64,000 nt of DNA from Octopus vulgaris (lineage: Eukaryota): positions 42,532,001 through 42,596,000 of the forward strand of contig OX597817.1 of NCBI GenBank assembly GCA_951406725.2, in the 5' to 3' direction. Within the stretch, counting starts at the first letter, position 1; each line of letters starts with the position of its first letter. Below the pieces are notes generated by a model that was not told the DNA's origin, made no database searches, and saw only the letters and a program-made list of their open reading frames with translations. The translations under genes and the position numbers were made by a program. Below are positions 26,269 to 39,382 of this stretch, in pieces.

Positions 26269-26464
26269 ACAATTTTATATATTCATATATATATCATCAT
26301 CATCATCATCATCATCGTTTAGCGTCCGCTTTCCATGCTAGCATGGGTTGGACGGGTCAACTGGGGTCTGTGAAGCTGGAAGGCTTCGTCAGGCCCAGTC
26401 AGATCTGGCAGTGTTTCTACGGCTGGATGCCCTTCCTAACGCCAACCACTCCGCGAGTGTAGTG

Positions 26465-27136
26465 GGTGTTTTTTACGTGCCACCTGCACAGGTGCCAGAC
26501 AGAGCTGGCGAATGGCCACGAACGGATGGTGCTTTTACGTGTCACCAGCACGGGGCCAGGCAATGCTGGCAACGGACACGAACGGATGGTGCTTTTACGT
26601 GCCACCGACACGGGGCCAGACAGAGCTGACAAACGGCCACGAACGGACGGTGCTTTTACGTGTCACCGGCACGGGGGCCAGCCGAGGCTGGCAACGGACG
26701 CGAACGGATGGTGCTTTTACGTGCCACCGACACGGTTGCCAGACAGAGCTGGCAAACGCCACGAGCGGACGGTGCTTTTACGTGTCACCGGCACGGGTGC
26801 CAGCCGAGGCTGGCAATGGACACGAACGGATGGTGCTTTTATGTGCCACCGACACGGGGCCAGACAGAGCTGGCAAACGGCCACGAACGGATGGTGCTTT
26901 TACGTGCCACTGACACGGGGCCAGACAGAGCTGGCAAACGGCCACGAACGGACGGTGCTTTTACGTGTCACCGGCACGGGGCCAGGCGAGGCTGGCAACG
27001 AACACGAATGGATGGTGCTTTTACGTGCCACCGACATGGGGCCATGCAGAGCTGGCAAACAGCCACGAGCGAATGGTGCTTTTACGTATCACCGGCACGG
27101 GTGCCAGACGAGGCTGACAGCGGACACGAACGGATG
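26465..27136 (-). repeat. 11 tandem units of about 61 bp (mostly alternating A/B types) in the RTE 3' UTR
   Basis: ggtgcttttacgtg recurs every 60-63 bp on the + strand. Confidence 0.95.
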
Positions 27137-27184
27137 GGTCACTTAACCCCTGCTTTCTGATATATGATTTGATTTTGATTGTTC

Positions 27185-28645
27185 TCACTGGTCTTGCCGG
27201 GTCTTCTCATGCACAGCATACTTCCATAGGTCTCGGTCTCTGGTCATTTCCTTGGTGAGACCTAGAGTTCGAAGGTCGTGCTTCACCACCTCGACCCAGG
27301 TTTTCCTGGGTCTACCTCTTCCACAGGTCCCCTCAACTGCCAGGGTGTGGCACTTTTTCACACACCTATCTTCATCCATTCTCACCACATGACCATACCA
27401 GCGCAATCGTCTCTCTTGCACACAACATCTGATTCCTCTTAGGTCCAACTTTTCTCTCAAGGTACTTACACTCTGTCGACTATGAACACTGACATTACAC
27501 ATCCATCGGAGCATACTAGCTTCATTTCTCACGAGCTTACACATGTCCTCAGCAGTCACGGCCCATGTTTCACTGCCATGTAGCATGGCTGTTCGTACAC
27601 ATGCATCATACAGTCTGCCTTTTACTCTGAGCGAGAGGCCTTTAGTCACCAACAGAGGTAAGAGCTCCCTAAACTTTGCCCAGGCTATTCTTACTCTAGC
27701 CGTTACACTTTCAGCACACCCACCCCCACTACTGACTTGGTCACCAAGATAACGGAAGCTATCAACTACTTCTAGTTTTTCCCCCTGGAAAGTGACGGAA
27801 GTTGTTTTCTGCAGATTTTCAGAGGTTAATGCTCCGTGCATCTGCCACATACAAAAACCATCTTCCTAGTTAGCCTTCCTATGACATTGCTGCACCTCTT
27901 ATGTGTCCATAGCTTACACTTGGTGCATCTTATAGAGTTACTACCTACACCTTTTCTACAGATCGAGCAGGGCCATCTACCTGAAGGCGTTTGTGATTTG
28001 TCTACCTTCCTACTTATTAGGACTTTGGTTTTAGCTAGGTTGACTCTAAGGCCCTTCGATTCTAAACCATGCTTCCACACCTGAAACTTCTTCTCCAGTT
28101 CTGATAATGACTCAGCAATTAGAGCAAGGTCATCAGCATAGAGGAGCTCCCAGGGGCATCCTGTCTTGAATTCCTCCGTTATTGCCTGGAGGACTATGAT
28201 AAATAGGAGGGGGCTGAGGACTGAGCCTTGGTGGACCCCTACCTCTACCCGGAATTCTTCACTGTACTCATTTCCAACCCTCACCTTACTAGCAGCGTCC
28301 CTGTACATGGCTTGCACAGCTCTCACTAACCATTCATCTATTCCTAGTTTCCTCATTGACCACCATATGAGGGATCGGGGGACCCTGTCGAAGGCTTTCT
28401 CCATGTCAACAAAAGCCAGGTACAGGGGCTTATCTTTGGCTAGGTATTTCTCCTGCAGTTGCCTTACCAGGAATATAGCATCAGTGGTACTTTTCCCTGG
28501 CACGAAACCAAACTGCATCTCATCTAAACTAACTCTCTCTCTAATTAGTTGGCTTATGACCCTCTCTGTAACCTTCATCACCTGATCCAACAGCTTGATA
28601 CCTCTGTAATTATTTGTATCTAGGGCATCACCTTTACCTTTGTAG

Positions 28646-28646
<1 letters not shown>
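27185..28646 (-). pseudogene. RTE ORF2 reverse transcriptase with an inserted PHD-type finger; one frameshift near 27835
   Basis: ORFs 27826-28755 and 27185-27850 join into one protein; the N-terminus of the listed ORF is (TA)n and Helitron sequence. Confidence 0.93.
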
Positions 28647-28689
<43 letters not shown>

Positions 28690-28702
<13 letters not shown>

Positions 28703-29198
28703 TGTAGTTGTGTGAGTGTCTGTCTCCTTCGATCTAGATTCCTAACTACTCCCACATTTTGCGGTACAGTTTAACCAAATTCGGGTATCTTATAGTCGTG
28801 ATTCATATCGAGCCTGTCTGAGTATTAGCGTGCGTCTACGATGAGTCTACGATTTTAAAAATAATTTAACATCATTTTTTATTCCATTTTAATGCATAAT
28901 TTTTCGTGTGTCGATGGCGGCGGAGTTGGCGTCCATGGTCACACCTGCACCTGTTTGCTTCTCCCCTTCTTCCCTCCCTCGTGAAGCTGTGGGGAAGGGA
29001 GTGTAAGGAAATCAACGTCGTAAAGCGTTGTCAAGGAGACCAGCGTTCTTTTAGAACAACGACTTCATGGCTTGAAGACACCAAAACAGAAATGGCTAAG
29101 AAAGCCCGAATTGGCATCTATAAGGGAAGTAACTCTCTAAAAATGCTTATATAGTTATTTCCCTTACACACCCGAGCAACGCCGGGCGATACTGCTAG
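28690..29198 (+). mobile_element. Non-autonomous Helitron (same family as 4486-4886)
   Basis: Shared 5' body and identical 3' end cccgagcaacgccgggcgatactgCTAG|t; 5' end obscured by (TA)n. Confidence 0.88.
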
Positions 29199-29948
29199 TA
29201 TATATAATATATATATATATATATTACAAAATACAAAGTTATATCTTGAGATCGCTAGTGACATATGAATATATGTATGTGTTTAATCTTTCTGTGGATT
29301 TTGTAAATTTCCTTTAGTTGCTGCTCACATTGCCTCCCCTCAGGTTAATAAGTATGTAATGTAATGTATAGTAAAAAAAAATAGTCTGATTAAATGAATA
29401 ACCAAGCATGAAATACGTTTATGTCCTGCTTGTATACTGTGATCAAATTACATAACATATAATAAAGTATTAGTGATGTCAGTATGAACATAATGTGAAC
29501 CAATTTATTAACTTAACAATGCATACATACAAACATACATAGATCAGAGCCAGAAAAGGGAATTCATGAAATTTTTTATTCAAATTCATTACAATTGTTT
29601 CAATACATTACGGACCTGTACCTCATAGGTGAGATGCAGTACAATCAATTACCTTGCATCACAGACATAGACTGCATTTCCTCAGGTGACTTTTTAATAA
29701 GTACTTCATTCTTTCTCCTTGCCATTTCACTTAGCCCTATGACAATATATATCTACGTAGCTGCTGCATTCTAGCAGTTCTTATAAGAAGTGTAAATACA
29801 TAGAACAGAGTACAGATAAAATTGTGTCTGATTATGTATATTTTGCTCTATTTTATTCTTCTGCCTTAACCTATCATACAACACTTAATTTCTATAGCAA
29901 TACCTTATTATATTTTCATCCTTCATCTAGCTTATAATTTACATATTC

Positions 29949-30660
29949 ATCATCATCATCATCATTGTCGTTTAACGTCCGCTTTCCATGCTAGCATGGG
30001 TTGGACGATTTGACTGAGGTCTGGCGAACCAGATGGCTGCACCAGGCTCCAGTCTGATCTGGCAGAGTTTCTACAGCTGGATGCCCTTCCTAACGCTAAC
30101 CACTCCGAGAGTGTAGTGGGTGCTTTTACGTGCCACCAGCATGAGGGCCAGTCAGGCGATACTCGCAACAGCCATGCTCAAATGGTGCTTTGTACGTGCC
30201 ACCTGCACAGGAGCCAGTCCAGCGGCACTGGCAATGACCACGCTCGAATGTTTTTTCACATGCCACCAGCACAAGTGCCAGTAAGGCGACACAGATAACA
30301 ACCACGCTCGAATGGTGTTTTTTATGTGCCATCGGCACTTTCTATATTAAGCAGTCCATGTAAAAAACACCTGTGCCAGTCCATATAAAGAGCACCCATG
30401 CCAGTCCACATTTAAAAATGCCCTTGCAGGTCCACATAAAATCCTCCTGTGCTGGTTCAGGTAAAAAGCACCCATACTGATGCCACATAAATGCATCCAG
30501 CTCACTCTATAAAGTGATTGGTGTTAGGAAAGGCATCCATCCATAGAAACCAAGCCAAATCAGATTAAAACTTGGTACAGCTCTCCTGCTTGCTATCTCT
30601 GGTCAAACTGTTCAACCTACACAAGTATGTAAAACGGACTTTAAATGATGATGAAAATGA
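29949..30660. mobile_element. Head-to-head pair of RTE 3' ends (minus 29949-30338; older plus-strand copy 30351-30660)
   Basis: (CAT)n tail at left and gatgatga tail at right; 4 long units at left, about 6 short degenerate units at right. Confidence 0.85.
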
Positions 30661-31076
30661 CATTTACTTTACTTGATTTATTTAATCTCTTTATCTACTC
30701 TACTTTACTTTAACTTTATTTTAATTCATTTTATTTTATCTTAATCTGTTATATCTCACTTTATTCGAATCTAGTGATAAATTAATATTTTATTCACTGC
30801 CATTGAACTCAATATTTTTCTTACATTTTTATAGCTAACACATTTATCTATTTCATTCTTGAATTTAGTTTACAAGAGTGAGTAAGGAAGTCCTGGGTCA
30901 CTGAAAAGGTCACAAACAGTTACAAAAGAACTTTGATGAACAAACAAACAACCAATTCATTGTTTTACAAACACATTAAACAAATGATCGATTAGTTAGT
31001 TGGTTAGATATCTAACCAACTGACTAACAATAAAGAAGTGGAATTGAGCCTCTGTGTGTGTGTTATTATTATTATT

Positions 31077-31266
31077 AAAGTCAACCTCGGCGGAATTTGA
31101 ACGTTCTGAGTTCAAATTCCGCCGAGGTCAACTTTGCTTTTCATCCTTTCGGGGTCGATAAATTAAGTACCAGTTACGCACTGGGGTCGATGTAATCATC
31201 TTAATACCAATGTCTATCTTTGTTTGTCCCCTCTATGTTTAGCCCCTTGTGGGTAATAAAGAAATA
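31077..31266 (+). mobile_element. 5'-truncated SINE A with an inverted 5' segment
   Basis: aaagtcaacctcggcggaatttgaac ... gttcaaattccgccgaggtcaacttt. Confidence 0.85.
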
Positions 31267-31274
31267 ATAATTAC

Positions 31275-31307
<33 letters not shown>

Positions 31308-31707
31308 TGAGTGAGAGAGCAGTGCATGCCATCAAAGTGACACTGGGGTAAAATATACGAAGCCCAGTATACCCATCATGACTACCCGTCTGATAAGGGC
31401 ACACCAGGCACATGCATCACAACCATATGTGCGCGACATGGTGATCTCATATCAAGATAAACAGCACATGACCTTGCAGGTGGTGCCCAGTTAGAATTTT
31501 CTTCTGGTCAAGTAACCCATCCAGCTCAAAAGGTCCTTGAATAAGAGTTGTTTAAGGATGTTGAATGAAACACCTATGTTTCCAGAGGTGAATCATTCAA
31601 ACTCCATAGAATCCCTCTCAACACATGGCTATGATGCTCCCCCACAACTTCCGCTCGTGATCAGAGATGCACATATTGTCAGCCACTAAGGGACATGCTC
31701 AACTGGT
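31308..31707. repeat. Interspersed repeat family D within (ATT)n
   Basis: Homology to 8679-8866 and 17645-17900; ATT repeats on both sides. Confidence 0.8.
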
Positions 31708-31723
31708 ATTATTATTATTATTA

Positions 31724-31779
<56 letters not shown>

Positions 31780-32077
31780 GGCATAATGACACTCCCAAGA
31801 CACCAGAAAACCTTAATCTACCCTATAGACTCATTCCTAGTTCTTAGTATAATTCCTTCCCCATCACACACCATGCTGGAATCACAATGCTAAACTGTTA
31901 TTGTCTGAAGACCTTCTCTATCTTGTTTGCAATCCTTAAGTATTTCTCCGTACTCTTTGGCTATCTGATACAGCTAACCCACCCTGGACTTTGTCACTGC
32001 TACAAATGACTATATGGTCTTCTTCACACTTGATAACTAAACCTCTCCTTCTTTGCTTATTTCAGTGTCCCCCTGTT

Positions 32078-32082
<5 letters not shown>

Positions 32083-32108
<26 letters not shown>

Positions 32109-32512
32109 ACATATATGCACATGTATGTGTATGTATGTTTGTGCATATATATGTATATATGCATGTGTATACATATGTATATATATGTTTGTGTGTATAC
32201 ATATATGTATACATGTGTGGACACACATACATACACACTCACACATACAAACACATACATACATACATACATACATACATACATACATACATACATACAT
32301 ACATACATACATACACAATCTGTAAAACTTTCCAGAAGTTAATCATTTAAAATATATACGAGCAAGTCAAGCTATGTCTAGATATGTAATTATATGCATG
32401 AGAATATATACATAAAACATAAAAATATGCACATACATACATACATGCATGCATGCATGCATACATGCAAACACACACACACATACATACATACATACAC
32501 ACATACATACAT

Positions 32513-32547
<35 letters not shown>

Positions 32548-32830
32548 TACATACATACATACATACATACATACATACATACATACATACATACATACAT
32601 ACATACATACATACATACATACATACATACATACATACATACATACATACATACATACATACATACATACATACATACATACATACCCTGTTGTTGATGT
32701 TGGAATTTCAATGAAGGAACCTTGGATCTAGGTTGGAAACCAGTTCTTTCTCTACTGGCAAGAAATCTTGAAATAAACTGAATAATGGCATATATACATA
32801 CATACATACATACATACATACATACATACA

Positions 32831-32862
<32 letters not shown>
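32083..32862. repeat. (TG)n and (ACAT)n microsatellite field
   Basis: Direct reading. Confidence 0.93.
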
Positions 32863-32873
32863 CCCCTCTAACT

Positions 32874-33615
32874 CAGAAATGAAAAGGTAAAAACGTTTGG
32901 CAAGACTTGACAAGAACATTTAATTCAGATATATATATAAGATACTAAATTAAATGTCCTTGTCAAGTCTTGCCAAACGTTTTTGCCTTTTCATTTCTGT
33001 TTTAATCTATACCTACCTGCTCAAGGAGAAACTACTCCTACTTAGCCACTTCAGAAAAGCAGCTTCAACATCACATGTTCAACCGCAGTTCAAACCGTGG
33101 TGGGGTGGTGTTAGGGGTATACCAAATTGAGCATTCAGAGCACGTACTAATTAGTTTGTGTCACCTAGCGACAACTCCTCATATACTTTATACACACCCT
33201 AACTTTTAAGCTATATAATGCCTTCACTATAACAGTTAGTCTCTATCTGCTCTCATGGATTCTATCTTGTCTTCATACTGTTCTGTATTCCTCTTAGTCC
33301 TCACAGACCTTCCACTCAGAATCTACTTTACTCTTTTTTCAATGATGGAACTGGTAACTACTAATATCCTTGACTAAGGATATTCCTTAATTCTTCCTCT
33401 CTGAAGATGGGATAGTTGGATTTTAAATGGAAGTCTTACCTCAATGAGATTTCCACCATAAGCACGGCTATTCTAGAAACAGCTGTAAGAGACTTTATGC
33501 ACAAATTCTTAATCACTTTATTGCTCTAAAAACTCTGCATTTATGTTTCAATTATAGATTACGTGCTCTAAAGTGAAACCACATGTTCTGCTTTTTCATT
33601 CTTCCTTTCTAATAT
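32874..33615 (+). mobile_element. Penelope-type terminal region with a 5' inverted duplication and a hammerhead
   Basis: About 52 bp inverted arms at 32874-32925 and 32948-32999; hammerhead at 33397-33491; ends at TA-rich sequence. Confidence 0.65.
33397..33491 (+). ncRNA. Type I hammerhead ribozyme with extended stem II, intact core
   Basis: ctct-CTGAAGA-tgggatagtt...[tggaagtctta/tgagatttcca]...ggctattcta-GAAA-cagctg-TA-agag. Confidence 0.82.
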
Positions 33616-33797
33616 ATACATAATACATATATAGATAGATAGGTAGATAGATGGATAAGAGATGTAGCCATTATATATGTAAATAAGTAAGTATATATGT
33701 ATGTATTTACATATATATATATATATATACATTTATATATGTGTGTACATATATATACATTTATATATGTGTGTGCATTTATATATATATATGTATA

Positions 33798-33919
<122 letters not shown>

Positions 33920-34254
33920 TTCACACACACACAGATATGTGTCTACTTTATTTATTTTTTTTTTTGTTTACAAAATTAACTGACTGTAACCTGTAACTTG
34001 AAAAGAAGTTATGTGCCTGTGGCCATTAGAGTCCAATGACCCATCTCGAAGGCTAAACGCTTTATGGATGCAAAACCATTGGTCACTCTATGACCAGCTG
34101 TATAATTAACTTCTTATAAATACATTACTAATCTAAGGGGGTAACTTTTTTTAGATATATGATCTACTGCCAATATATATATATACACGCACACACACAC
34201 ACACACACATACACATGTGCGTGTTTATATATATATAGATATAGATATGTATGT

Positions 34255-34618
34255 GAAGGCTCAGTGGTTAGAGCATCATGCTTACAATCATGAGGTTGTG
34301 AGTTTGATTCTCGGACTAGGTTGCGTGTTGTGTTCTTGTGCAAGACACTTTATTTCAAGTTGCTCCAGTTCACTCAGCTGTAGCAATGAGTCACAATGTC
34401 ACTGGTGCCAAGCTGTGTCAGCCTTTGCCTTTCCCTTGGATAATATTGGTGGTGTGGAGAGGGGAGGCTGATATGCATGGGCGACTGCTGGTCTTCCATA
34501 AAAATAACCCTAGGTTGTGCATTCACCGGTAAGGCAAATTTCCACCCAGACTTGTACCCCAGAGGGGAACCTCTTAGATGCAGCCATGGTCATTCATGAC
34601 CGACGAAGTCAAGTTTTT
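34255..34618 (+). mobile_element. tRNA-derived SINE (further variant)
   Basis: ggctcagtggttagagca...gagtttgattctc A/B boxes, then a cttgtgcaagacactttatttca core. Confidence 0.75.
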
Positions 34619-34624
34619 TAATAT

Positions 34625-34726
<102 letters not shown>

Positions 34727-34848
34727 CATGCACGCACACACACACACATATATATATATATACACATGCTCGCACATGCACAGACACACATACACACTCA
34801 CACTCATTGATAAGCAAGTAAATGTAAGTGTACATATATATATATATA

Positions 34849-35247
34849 TCATCATCATCATCATCATCATCGTTTAACGTCCGCTTTCCATGCTAGCATG
34901 GGTTGGACGGTTCAACTGGGGTCTGGGGAGCCCGAAGGCTGCACCAGGCCAGTCAGATCTGGCAGTGTTTCTACAGCTGGATGCCCTTCCTAACGCCAAC
35001 CACTCCGAGAGTGTAGTGGGTGATTTTATGTGCCACCGACACAGGTGCCAGACGAGGCTGGCGAACGGCACGCTCGGATGGTGTTTTTATGTGCCACCGA
35101 CACAGGTGCCAGACGAGGCTGGCAGACGGCCACGCTCGGATGGTGTTTTTATGTGCCACCGACACAGGTGCCAGACGAGGCTGGCAGACGGCCATGCTCG
35201 GATGGTGTTTTTATGTGCCACCGACACAGGTGCCAGACGAGGCTGGC
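34849..35247 (-). mobile_element. RTE 3' end with 4 UTR repeat units and a long TSD
   Basis: (CAT)n tail; four tttatgtgccaccgacacaggtgccagacgaggctggc units; flanking duplication tgataagcaagtaaatgtaagtgtacatata. Confidence 0.92.
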
Positions 35248-35979
35248 ACACTCACACTGATAAGCAAGTAAATGTAAGTGTACATATATATATATATATA
35301 TATATATGCATGTATGTGTTTACATACAGATGCACACCATACAAACATAACCATTAAGTTATGTTTTATGTCTTGTGACTCTATGTATAAATACACACGT
35401 ACACACACACATGCACACACACATATACACATATACACACACACATACATACACACACACGCAAACACACACACTCACACACACATGCACACACATACAC
35501 ACGCACACACACACATGCACGCACACACGCACACATACTACATATGTCAGGATCAGCTATGTATGTTACTGTGTCCCTTTGTGGAAATGACAAAAAGCTT
35601 TAGTTATATATGTAAGCATTTATGCAACACCTGATTGACATATGTATGCTACCTGTAATATTAGCATTCAAAGAGAGAGAGGAGGGGAGGGGAGAGAGAG
35701 ATACCTAATTATCTCTGTGACTCAGTATATTTGGAAATACATTATAATCATGTGATACAGCTAAGGCATGCAATGATATGTGTGTGTGTGTTCATACAAA
35801 TAGACCATAGAAGGAGAAACACATACATTTATGTCAATAAACGTGCACAAAAGAATTCATCTATACTCACTTATATTTATGTGTGTGTACGTGTATGTAT
35901 GTATTACTGTGTGCATGTGTGTGCATTTGTATGTGTCTACATACACATACATATATATATATATACGTGTGTGTGTGTG

Positions 35980-36015
<36 letters not shown>

Positions 36016-36061
36016 CGTGTGTGTGTGTGTGTCTGTGTATATATACACACCAACTTTCTCA

Positions 36062-36105
<44 letters not shown>

Positions 36106-36504
36106 AGGAAAATAAGACATGGTAGAAAATGCTAAAATAATTTCATCATGAAGAACATTTTTAGTACCAGTCTTTGCGACTTATTTAACTTACATTAAAC
36201 AGTAAAGCATGAAAAACAATTAAATTGTGGAAAAATTAAATGAAACAAGTAAAAGAATAAAACAATAAAAGAATATGATATTCTACTGAAAGGTATTGAG
36301 TGATCCTTTAATATGTTTTTTAACTGTTTTTATATATAGCTTTATACAAAAACAGACATGTATGTATGTGTGTGTGTGTGTAACCCAGAGCAGGAGGGGT
36401 CCCACTAGATTTAAAATGCCTAAGAAACATCATTTGCTGTGACGGTGTCCCTGCATCTCCATTGAGAGTTGAATGCACATTGAAGAACGGTGGAAAAATG
36501 GACA

Positions 36505-36664
36505 CAGAGTGGCTGTGTGGTAAGTAGCTTGCTAACCAACCACATGGTTCCAGGTTCAGTCCCACTGTGTGGCATCTTGGACAAGTGTCTTCTGCTATAG
36601 CCCCGAGCCGACCAATGCCATGTGAGTGGATTTGGTAGATGGAAACTGAAAGAAGCCTGTCGTA

Positions 36665-36753
<89 letters not shown>

Positions 36754-36977
36754 GCGCAATGGCCTAGTAGTTAGGGCAGCGGACTCGCGGTCGCAGGATC
36801 GCGGTTTCGTTTCTCAGACCGGGCGTTGTGTGTGTTTATTGAGCGAAAACACCTAAAAGCTCTACGAGGCTCCGGCAGGGGGTGGTGATCCCTGCTGTAC
36901 TCTTTCACCACAATGGCGGTGCCCCAGCATGGCCACAGCTCAAGAGCTGAAACTGGAAAAGCAAAAACAAAAAAACA

Positions 36978-37042
<65 letters not shown>

Positions 37043-37255
37043 TTGTGTATCTGTGTTTGTCCCCCTAGCATTGCTTGACAACCGATGCTGGTATGTTTAC
37101 GTACCCGTCACTTAGTGGTTTGGCAAAAGAGACCGATAGAATAAGTACTGGGTTTACAAAGAATAAGTCCTGGGGTCGATTTGCCCGACTAAAGGCGGTG
37201 CTCCAGCATGGCTGCAGTCAAATGACTGAAACAAGTAAAAGAGTAAAAGAGAGTA
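36505..37255 (+). mobile_element. SINE B with a SINE C (36751-36960) inserted in its internal (TA)n
   Basis: B head at 36505 and B tail at 37050-37255; C head gaggcgcaatggcctagtagttagggcagcggactcgcgg. Confidence 0.88.
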
Positions 37256-37621
37256 ATATGATGCTAATGTTTCACTCCTGCTGCTTGTCTTTTGATTCCT
37301 AGGCAGCTTTTATGTTTTTGTTACTGTTGATACCACTGAATTGAATGGTACAACCATAGTGATATCTGTTAGGCAGCTGAAGAGAGGAATGTATGTTTGA
37401 AATGCTTGTTTGTGAATCTTTGATATCTTGGGGTCTCGTTATTCTGAGTTGTCCTTCATTTCCATAAGGTTGAACATACTTTGTGTTCATGGTTTCTGGG
37501 GACTTCTTATATTGATATCTCTTGATTGACGTGTATGTATCATATTAGTCTAGTGTGCATGAAATGGTGTGTGTAGTTCTGTATGTGTCTACTGTGGCAT
37601 AAATATATATATATATATGAG

Positions 37622-37654
<33 letters not shown>

Positions 37655-37677
37655 TTACTTTTTTCTATGTATGTATA

Positions 37678-38377
<700 letters not shown>

Positions 38378-38380
38378 ATG

Positions 38381-38444
<64 letters not shown>

Positions 38445-38706
38445 ATATAGAATGTCACCTAACTTGGAATCTGCAGTTTGGAAATACTATAGAAAGTAAC
38501 TTTATAAGAACTTCATGCCTGAATTACCAAGAGCCGATATCTTCACTAACTGGGATGTATTGTCTGTATACATGACAGGAATATTAAGAACAAATAACCC
38601 TACATGGAGTCTTGATATTCAATATCCAAATAATATAGTTGGGCTGTATGGACTATACCGAACTGGCAAGGTGCCCCAATTTAAGTGCCTAATTCACTGA
38701 CTCTTC

Positions 38707-38799
<93 letters not shown>

Positions 38800-39029
38800 A
38801 TAATATGCATATACATGTGCCAGTGCATGTGAACATATTTAGGTGCACATGTATATGTGGGTGTGATATCATATTTATGTATACCATTTAAGGCAGTGCT
38901 CCAGCATGGCCACAGCCAAATGACTGAAACAAGTAAAAGAATCATATATCTTAAATGTGACTGTTCAGGTTAACTAAATATTTTAAGAAATTTGCAAGAA
39001 TGTTCTACTTAGCAATATTTATCTACTAC

Positions 39030-39380
39030 CTGTGGAATAGGTAGACCCAGGAAGACCTGGGATGAGGTGGTGAAGCAGGACCTTTAAACATTGGTCCTCA
39101 CCGAGGCAATGACTAGGGACGGGACCTCTGGAAGTATGCTGTGCTCCAGAAGACTCGGCAAGCGCAAGTGTGACCATAACCTTGTGGCCTATGCTAGAGG
39201 TGTAACCAGTCCACTTATGCATGCCTTTTCTTCATTGAACACTAAACTCTGCTTGTGAAGAACAGTCGGAATCAAACTCGATTGTGAAGACCTGTTGAGG
39301 CACGTGAAGTCGAAATCAAACTCGGTGACCGGCATCCATTGCTAGTGGAGTGCTAAGAGTACCATACGAGTGAGATCGTC
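39030..39380 (+). mobile_element. RTE ORF2 C-terminus and 3' UTR fragment
   Basis: TCG.GRPRKTWDEVVKQDL*TLVLTEAMTRD; homologous to 27190-27330. Confidence 0.88.
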
Positions 39381-39382
39381 AT

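Larger units (their letters stand above)
26293..28646 (-). mobile_element. 5'-truncated RTE-clade LINE (RT to 3' tail), relatively young
   Basis: NYRGIKLL, QFGFVPGKSTTDAIF, FVDMEKAFDRV, GVHQGSVLSPLLF, YADDL, FRYLGD, RRLRWYGHV, GRGRPRKTW; (GAT)n tail; both ends abut (TA)n. Confidence 0.97.

Noticed and set aside
26465-27136. CRISPR-like array, and 133-226 aa repetitive ORFs
   Set aside because: The units have no unique spacers, lie in a LINE 3' UTR in a eukaryotic context, and no cas genes are present; the ORFs are antisense by-products.
32700-32755. Hammerhead-like aacct/aggtt hairpin followed by GAAA-ccag-TT
   Set aside because: The CUGANGA box is not recognisable and stem I is not convincing.
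37372-37415. ggcag-CTGAAGA...GAAA-tgc motif
   Set aside because: Stems II and III do not pair adequately.
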